Below are positions 41,201 through 50,200 of a stretch of 64,000 bases of DNA, one piece after another. This stretch comes from Candidatus Omnitrophota bacterium. GTDB taxonomy: Bacteria > Omnitrophota > Omnitrophia > Omnitrophales > Aquincolibacteriaceae. The first letter of the stretch is position 1; the number at the start of each line of letters is the position of its first letter. Made by a program: the position numbers and the translations under genes. Below the pieces are notes generated by a model, which made no database searches, was not told where the DNA came from, and was given only the letters and a program-made list of their open reading frames with translations. The stretch spans positions 3,872 to 67,871 of the forward strand of contig JBDRCT010000049.1 in NCBI GenBank assembly GCA_043821445.1, given 5' to 3'.

Positions 41201-44200
41201 GACGTTCCGGGAATGGCAGCGGGATGCTAAATACATGGAGGCTTTTACCCGAAAATACTTGCGCGCATTGGGGTATCAGATTCGTAGTGAAGACTGGCTT
41301 CGTGGCTTTGCCATTTGGTATGCCGCGCCAGATCACGGCGATCGTCCCTATTGGGAATATCAGGAAGAGATTTACGAGAGATTAGGGGAGTGGGAAGCAA
41401 ATGGCTATATTATAAGATTCTCCGTCCCGATTTTTCCGTTTGGCCGCTCTGAAGTGAGAAATACGTCAGTCCAGGCTGAGCAGCCCAAACATCCCATGTT
41501 TATCACCTTAGAAGTAAATAAAGACCTGCAAGGTTTGGATTTCGGCGATGTTGAAAAAGCAATCGCGAGCGGGAAAATGGCTATTGCTGAAGTTTCGGTT
41601 GATTGGGCAAGGAAAATCAAAGAAACGTATCCCAATGATGTCTACACTATTTTTATAACTCCTTTAAGCGAAAATCAAATCAGAGAAAGAATGCAAGAAA
41701 CGGGACAAACGCGGGATGCCGTTATTTTCGAGGAGATGAGCAGGCGACAAAAAGAACGTGCGCTAGAAAAACCTACCCCTGAAGAGAAACAACTCTCACG
41801 CGCCAAAGGAGCTGTTATCGAAATGGCGAGGCAGAATGAATATAATGCCGTTATTGTCAGTAATGAACTAAAAGATTTAGAAAGAGACGATGTCCGATGG
41901 GCCGGCGATGAAGGAGCTGCAGTGGTTGAGCAGTTTATGGCTGCTGTTGATGCTGCCCGAAAGGCGGGAAAAAAATTAATTCTATATTCGGGTCCTTCCG
42001 CTACCGGAAAATCCCCCTTGTGGAACCAAATACAAAAAAAACACGGCGATCAATTTTCACGCATTGTTCTTTATACAACGCGTGGCCTTCGCCCAGGTGA
42101 AAAAGATGGAGTCGATTTTCATTTCCGTTCCGTTAATGATCTTCAAAATCTGATGAATGAAAAAAATGGTCGATCCGAGGCGCGAGCGTCAGAAGAAACT
42201 CCTGCTGACAGGTTGATCAGTGGTCGCAAATTTACCGTTATCGATGTTGCGGAAAATCCCTATGCTATTAAAGTGATCAGTGATCCCGACTACAAGAGCC
42301 TGATCCTGTATGGGTTCTCGAATGCGGCTCGTGCTCTGGGAGACCTGGTCGTGCCTTTTTTTATCACGAATAAGTTGTCTGTTACCATTGACGGTATTTC
42401 GCAAGATAGTACCGTGATATTACAAAAAAAAGTGATGCCAGCTAGTGATCAATTCCAAACTTATCTGGAAAACAATGACCTGCCAAAAGCGATCGAACTT
42501 CTAAAAAAAATGGTTGAGATCGATCAAGAGATCATGCGCAGGGGATACATCCTCACCGATTTTAAAGTGGAAAACTTTGGCATTACAGCGGATGGTAATG
42601 TGCTTTTGCTCGACCCTACGGGGGTGGTTGATGGGCTTGGTCGCACGCAACCGCCGGAAGATTTCTACCATTATTACAATCAAAACAATTTCTTGTTTGT
42701 AAAAAGTGGAAGTTATCATCGCTTCTATGATGATTACAAGAACAACAAACATGCGAAAGAACTGTTCCAAGCTTTTCGCGATCTCACAGGTGTTGACTTT
42801 ACAGGAATATTACAAACAACAAAAATGAATGTGATGATTGCCTTGGCTCTCTCGGAATCTTTTGACCCCGATAATCCATTTAGCAAGCATGTTCAGCACG
42901 CGAGGCACTACCTGGAAGGGTTGACGCCCTTTGCCGCATTGTCCCAGCAACTTAAAGAGCCGGTTGCTATGCCTGCCATCCAAGTTGAAGCGGAAAGTTC
43001 TTTGCGGGGGTTTTTAGGCCATGAACAAAGGCGGGAATTTAATTTACAAGACTTGTCCATTTGGAACGAAGAAAAAGCGATCAATATTCATGTCCCTTTA
43101 CAGGAAACTAAACTTGTAACTATCGAATCCCGCTCTGAAGTGAGGGACACTCAGACCACTCCGAGCCGTTCTGCCGCGAGACAGACAGCTCAGATCGGCA
43201 GGACGTGGAAGGATTTATTCAAAGAAAATTTCAATTGGGGTATTGAAGAGGGCCTGATCACGGCGGGGTTCAGCATCGGACTCTACGCCGGACTTTTTGG
43301 CCTACCGTTTTTAATGCCATTAGGACTCAATCCCGCCCATACGGCGCTCATCGGTACCTTGCTTGGGGGCGCTCTTTATCCTGCTGTTGTCGCTGTCCGT
43401 GCAAAGTGGTTGCAAGCTGCAAAGACGGAAGATGCGGGGGGATTTGATGTAAAGACATTCGTTGATACGCTTTTAGAAGCCTCCCGGGAAGCGCGAAGCC
43501 TTTTTGATTCGGAGCAATTGGATCTTGCAAATAATATTGAGAGCATTGTATTCCCGAGAATAAGGGCGAGGAAGCTTACGTACGCCCAGCGTGCTGCTGC
43601 GAAAGCGGAGTTGAATGGCAGGTTGCAACGGGTGAAAGAAGAGATCGCTCAGATGGAGACGAGCGGAAATTTATCGGGTAATTCCCAATCTGTATTAAAT
43701 GCCCGTTTGAGGGAGATCGAGAATTCATCGAGTGATTTCGAGGCCGCATTAACTTTCCGCTCGGAAATAAGGCAGATCCTTGAGGCATTGAGAAAAGAAA
43801 AACACGTTGCGGGTGTTATAAGCACGTTTATTTTTGGGTTGGCCGGGTTTCTTTTTGGAATTTATCAGGGGATATCATTTTTTTCAAGATCAAATATCAG
43901 GCCGTATAGTACGGATGACGTATTTTGGATGGCTATTTTTGTGCTATTGGGGGGAGAATTATTAGGCGTCGCCGGTGGGATTATTGGCCTCGCCGTTTAT
44001 GGCGTTGTTTATGCCGGATTTTCTATCGTTCGTCTCGTTGTGCACGCTTTTTGGAGCGTGGCGGGTTCGGTGAGACGTAGTGGATATAGAGCGGGAAGGG
44101 GACTTGCGGGGGAAGAACGTACGACAGGTCATGCTCCGAAACGCTCGGAAGTGAAGGTTACGGAGAGGGAATTCCAGAGGGCATTGAAGGACCTGGAGAC

Positions 44201-47200
44201 CGATTGGTTTGACACGTTCTTCATTAAGAACGCAACGCAACGGCGCGTGGGCGCTATCAAAGTCCTCGGTGAGAGCAAAGATCCGCGCGCGGTTCCAGCA
44301 TTGACCGGGTTATTAAAGGATGCCGCGGTCCGTTCGTCCGCCGCTGAAACGCTCACTTCTATTAGATCCAGCGTTCCCGCGTTGCAGGCCGAAGCCGGGT
44401 TTACAACGGAGGAAGCGGGGATATTCCGCCGGGCAATAGAGGACCTGAAATTCCAATGGACGGATCTTTTCCTGTTTGAGAGAGAAACACGCCGGCGTGT
44501 GGGTGCCGTCAAAAGTCTTGGTGCGATCCAAAATCCGGCGCTCATTCTCGAGTTATACAGTCTTCTGGTGAAAGAGGAAAAAGAAAAATGGGTCAAGACC
44601 GATGAGTGGTTCGCGATCGCGGGAGTCCTTTTGCGAAAAGGGGAAACCCGGATCCTCGAAACAGTTTTTGATTCTCTTACGGATGATATCCCCGTTGTCC
44701 GCAAACGGGCCGCCGATTTTCTCGGGGAAAATCATGTGGTGAGCGCCGTTCCGGCGCTGACCCTTGCTTTGAAAGACAGTTTTGTGAAATTCGCTGCCGC
44801 AGCAGCGATCGAAAAGATCACGGGCACACCGCCGTTCAAGAAAAAGGGAGCCTTCGAATTTTTTGGCGTGAATCCTGTCGTGTTGCCGAGGACGACCTTT
44901 TTTGCTTCAGGGGGCTTGGGTTTTCTTTTCGAATTAAAGCTCATTTCGCCGTTCGTGAAGCCAGGGGACCCCCTTGGGAAAATCGCGGGCCTTCTTCTGT
45001 TGTCCTTGGGAAGCATCATCGGAAGCTATATCCTGATATCGATCGTTCAAAACAGGATCGTCGGCCTTGACCGTCTCGGACGGCCGCTTGTGAAAAAAGA
45101 AAAAGCGTCTGCCCGCTCGGAGGCGCGGAACTTGGCATTGAGCGTGCCGGCAGGGCTTCTCGAAAAGGCTTCCGATTGGTTGCATAGTCCGTGGGGGATC
45201 GTGGACTGGATCGTGGGGGGCGTTCTTTTTGGCATGGCAGCGGCTTTCGCGTTTGCCACCCTTTTGGTGGCCCTTTATACGATCGCTTCTATTTGGACCT
45301 CTTTCCAGAAAAGTGCCATCAGGAGTTTGGAAGAGAAGGAGGGCTTTGCCGCGATAGAGTTTCTGAGGGGCCTGTTGCAGAAAACCAGGGGATTTTCTTA
45401 TCTGATCTTTTCGGATGTTTATAACGAAACCGAACTTGCGGCTATTGCCGCCCTGACACACCTCAATGATTCCTTCTTGACCGGTTTTTTAACTTCGGGC
45501 GAAGGGTTTAACCGGTATCTCCGCGCCAGTGACGAGGTCAAAGCGGCCGTCGACCGCTGGAGTCCTGAAGCGTTCAGCGCCCAGATCCTCCGGAACTTAT
45601 CGTCGAATGATCTTTCACCGGCGCAATTGATTGAGAAAAGGGAGGATCTTGCCGGGCTCGGGATCTTGAGGCCTTTTTTGGTGGCGGCCTTCTCTCATTC
45701 CGATCCCAAGATCCAACGGATGGGGCTGGAAATTTTGGCAGGCTACGAGTTCTTCACGTTTGGCAGGGTGCCCACGGACCATGAAATATTCGATCCGGTG
45801 ATCCGGGAAGCCCTCGAGCCGTTTTTGCAAAAGGCGATCTCCCAGACTTCCGACGACGACCTTTTCGATAAGACAGCGATGATCATGATCCGGCAGGGTC
45901 GTTCCGGTGAGATCGTGCCCGGGGCGCTCCAGAGAATGTCCGCCGGGAACCCGGACCACTTTCCGCTGCTTGTCAAAGAACTTGCGACCGCGGAATATCT
46001 TGACGCGACTTTATTCCATCCCGACTTGAAGATCCGGGCACTGGGGCTAAAAGCCATCGAAGATACCGGTACGGTCGCTGCTCAAGACCAGTATGCTGAG
46101 AAATATCAGGAACAGCTCATTCCATTACTTCAGGATCCGGACAATGATGTTTGCAGCGGGGCAGCTATTTTACTGACCGTCGTGGGTCACGGAAAATCCG
46201 TGCTTCAAGCCGCGGCGTCCAGGAATTGGAACGAATTGCCGGAGCTTGTTAATTATTTTGATCTGCATTGGAAAGAAGCGGTCGAACTCGCCGGGCCCGA
46301 ATCGTTGCCTCTTTTGAAGTTATTGATCGACCGGAGGAAAGCCTGGGCATACGCGGACGACCCGATTGACGGTGTGGATGCCGCTATTCTTGGGAAGAGC
46401 CAGGCAGGATTGAAATTCGACCGGAGCCACATTATCGCTAAAAAAACAGAAGAACTCCGGGAATTGAAAGCAGCGGTGGACCGTTTGTCCGCCCGTTCTG
46501 AGGTCCGCCATTTGCGCCGGTTGGGCGCTCCGGACAGGGACATCGGCGACATCGTGGAAACCGTACGGGAGTCCCTGGACGGGGCAGTGACGGACGATGA
46601 ATCGCTTTGGGCCGCGCAGCAGCGGATGGGGGATTTGCCGGACCTGCTGAAAGGGCCCAGGACCGAACGGGAACTTGGGATCGAGATCGGTGAGTCCTGG
46701 AAAATACCGAATGTTCATTATCAATCCCGCCGTTCCGAAGCCCGTTCCGAAATCAGGGAACGTCTCGCACCGGTTTTCAGGGCTTTTGGGATTGATGAAT
46801 CGAGCGGAAAAACGGAAATTGAAAAAACGAAAAACCAGGCGGACCGATGGTATGTCGAAGGAATGACGCGGCAGCATGTGCATCCCAGAGGTACCGGAAC
46901 TGACGGCGCGGACGATAAGGACGGCCCCTATGCGCCGCTCCACATAAGAAATGAGAAAGGCTCGCTTAGCGAAGTTTCTCACACTGGAAATGCCGTGGTC
47001 ACGGCGATGATGGAGGACCAGGAGTTGCAATCGGTCGGGGTCTATCAACGTGCTTTTCTTGATCATCATCCCCGGGAGCGGGAGTATCTTGAGGCCGCTG
47101 CCAAGACAAATCTCATCTGGAATACGCTCGACGGCGGTATCGGCGAGAGTTTGATGCGTGAGGCGTGGCTTTTGAACAAGGGGCTTCGATCGCGTTTGAA

Positions 47201-50200
47201 GGATATTTTATCTGCGGGTGATAAGGCGGATCCGATCTATCAGGAGGCGTTGGCCGCTCTCAAGGACGCCGAAGAAAGCGGCAAGACGAGGGATATCCTT
47301 GCGGCACTCAGGAAGATCGAGAAGTTGGGCGGTTTTGACCCGCTCCAGATCAAGATGGGAGCGAAAGGAACAGACCTGGGACGCATAGAACAGATCCGTG
47401 ATCATGAGCTCTTCGTCGGAGATGCGGAGGCCCGGTTGCTTTTCATGATAGATCTCGGGCGGAGCGGACAATTCGATAGGGTCGCGTTCCAGCCTCTTGT
47501 GAATGATCCATCGAAGGCCTCTTATATCACATTACTGAAGAAGCCCTGCCTCTGGGACCTTGTTGAGGGACGCCCCCAGCCCAGATCCTATTGGACGGCG
47601 CTCTTGGACGCCGGGGTCAAGGTCATGACAATGGTCGAACAGAAAGAGCTTCCGAAATTTGAGATCGCATTGGGCGAGATCGTTGGATTTCCAACGGCCG
47701 ATGCGAAGGATGCTCGTAAGAGGCAGCCGGGCGGTCATGGGCAGTTAGGGGTCTATTTTGTGGTGGATTTTACGGAAAATGCCCCGGCGAAAGACGGGCG
47801 GCACCATATCCGCTTTTTCGGGAACGGGGACAACCGAAAGGGAAATCCGGAGGCGATCGTGGCCGGGTTCGCGATCGTTGAAAGATTGCCGATCATAAAG
47901 ATCACGACCGCCGCCACCGCGATCGATAAAAAAGGCGGCAAGGAAGTGGTCCGCATCATTCAAAAGCTGGTCCGGGGAGTCAAAAAAATCTTTAATGTTC
48001 TTGATCAATGGGAAGAAATCGATGCCATCAATGCGGGCCAGGAAAAGATCTTTTACGCTGCGGGACAGCGGCACGGTTTTGGCCAGGAAGGCAGGCAGCT
48101 TTTCAATACGAATCTGTTCTATTTTAATATCGATATGCTCCACTCGATCCTGGTCGAGATGCGCCGGATCACGGGAGATGGTGAATTTTTGGACGGGATC
48201 ATGCCCTTCTTATTCGACAAGAGCGCCAAGGCGCAGGAAATTGACGGCAAAAAATACGTTTCGATGGATTCGGCGATCGGGTATGTGGTTCATAAGCTGA
48301 ACACCTTTTACACGACGGATCCCCGCTTTGAATCTCTGAGACAAGAGTACGGTCCCCAGCTTCTCTACTATATAAACTATGGCCGTGATATTTTTGCGCC
48401 CAAGAAAAAAGCAGAGGACCAGTATCTACAAGAAGGAACGGACTATTACGGCCCATTCGATGAAACCATCAAGAATTTCCGCGACGCGGTACCGGGGCTT
48501 ACACCTCCCGGATTCAGTCTTACGGATCCTTTTGAAAAGGACGGAAGTGCCGTGGACAAGAATGGAAATCCTATTGATTCCAAGTTCTGGACCGAAGCCC
48601 AGCATTGGCTGGATTCCTTGGGACTTTCGCGCGTTCGACGAATGACCTCACTGAAGGTGGAGGGCCGCGTGACGCTTCGAAATGCGGAATATATCGGCGA
48701 CGTGGAGATCATCAACCGGTATGGTCGCAAAGACAAATCGAATCGGGCCCAGAGAGTTGTTTTAAGCAGCGGCCAGTACCTTGAGCAGCTCAAAGCGCGC
48801 GGTTTTTGGGCCGATGATCACTTGGTGCTCGAGGATCTCCGCATCACGATCGACGAAGATGGCCGGTTGCTTACGATGGCGATTTCAATGGCCCATACTC
48901 CGGAAGGCGCTTTGAGGATCCGTGATACAGAAGAGGCCATAAAGCTATTTGATGAGTTAGGGGCCCGGGGAGCCAATGTTCGTGTCGGACGCGGTTTCAC
49001 GGTCGAAAGAGGCGGAGAACTCATCATTGATCCCAGGGATTTCGGTCCAGGTGTGGATTTCTTCGTCGAGTCCAACGTGGTGATCGCCAGTGGCGTTACG
49101 ATCAACCTGCAGCTTGACGGGAAAAATCACGTGATAATCGATAGCGGAACTGTTTTTTCCGGTCCGTCCGGGCTCAGACTTGATCTGGTGCTTCAAGAAG
49201 GCGAGTGGCTCCACATTGGTAAGGGTGCTTTACAGGATGTGATCGCCGGGCTAGCGTCGGAAGAAACCCCGAGAGGGAAAACGATGACGCTCTTTCTTCA
49301 TTACCGAGAGCTTGTTAAAGCGGATGAGCTCGAAAGGGCGTTTTCTATCCGTAAGATCATAAACTCATTGGTATCCTACCCTGTGGGGGATGCCGGGATA
49401 TTCCGGAACGCTCAATGGGTAAAGAATCTGATCGACGAATTTGAGAGGACGCCTGGCCACCACTCCCGTTCTGAAGTACGGGGAGCGCTGGGGTGGTTCG
49501 AGAACGGGAGAGTACTGACCTATGAAAGAATGATCGCGGAAAGAAAAAAGGAGATCGATAAGCTCCGGCGGAGCATTACGGATGCCAAAACGCCTGAAGC
49601 GAGACGGCTGGTCCCCGGCTACGAAGCCAGGGTTCGTGACGCCCAGGGAGCTATTACCGGTTATCAGAGGCAATTATTTGCCGCCGCGATTCCCGAACCA
49701 GAAATTCTGGCGCGACTTTTGGCCGTCGTCCCGCCGCAAACACTCTACGATATCTATCAGGCTGCCAGGGCGGTTCTGCCGTTCGATGGGGCCATTCAGC
49801 CGCGGGATATGCTTCGCTTTTTCTATGGGGTGCCGTCTCAGGGTCAGGGCCCGACGATGCAGAACTATGTTTCAGCGATCGGAAATTTTCTCATGGAAAG
49901 ACAGGAAGCGCTGGTGCCTGCTTCGGCCGACGCAAGATCTTTGGAGATGCCGCAAATCCCGCGTGAACCCTTTATTCGTTTCTATCCATTACAACTCGTG
50001 GCTCTGATACAAATGGCTCGTGGGTTCTCACGCGAAACGCTCCTTGAGATGCTCCGCGTTCAAACCGTTCCTGCGGCGGAGCAAGAAAGTTCTCAGGTAG
50101 GGACCGTGAACGGCGCAAAAACAGAGCTCTTTGCTCGTCCGGCGAATGACCAAGTACTGTTTCTCGCTGTTTTTCTCAAGAACTTATTGGCTGCGGTTGA

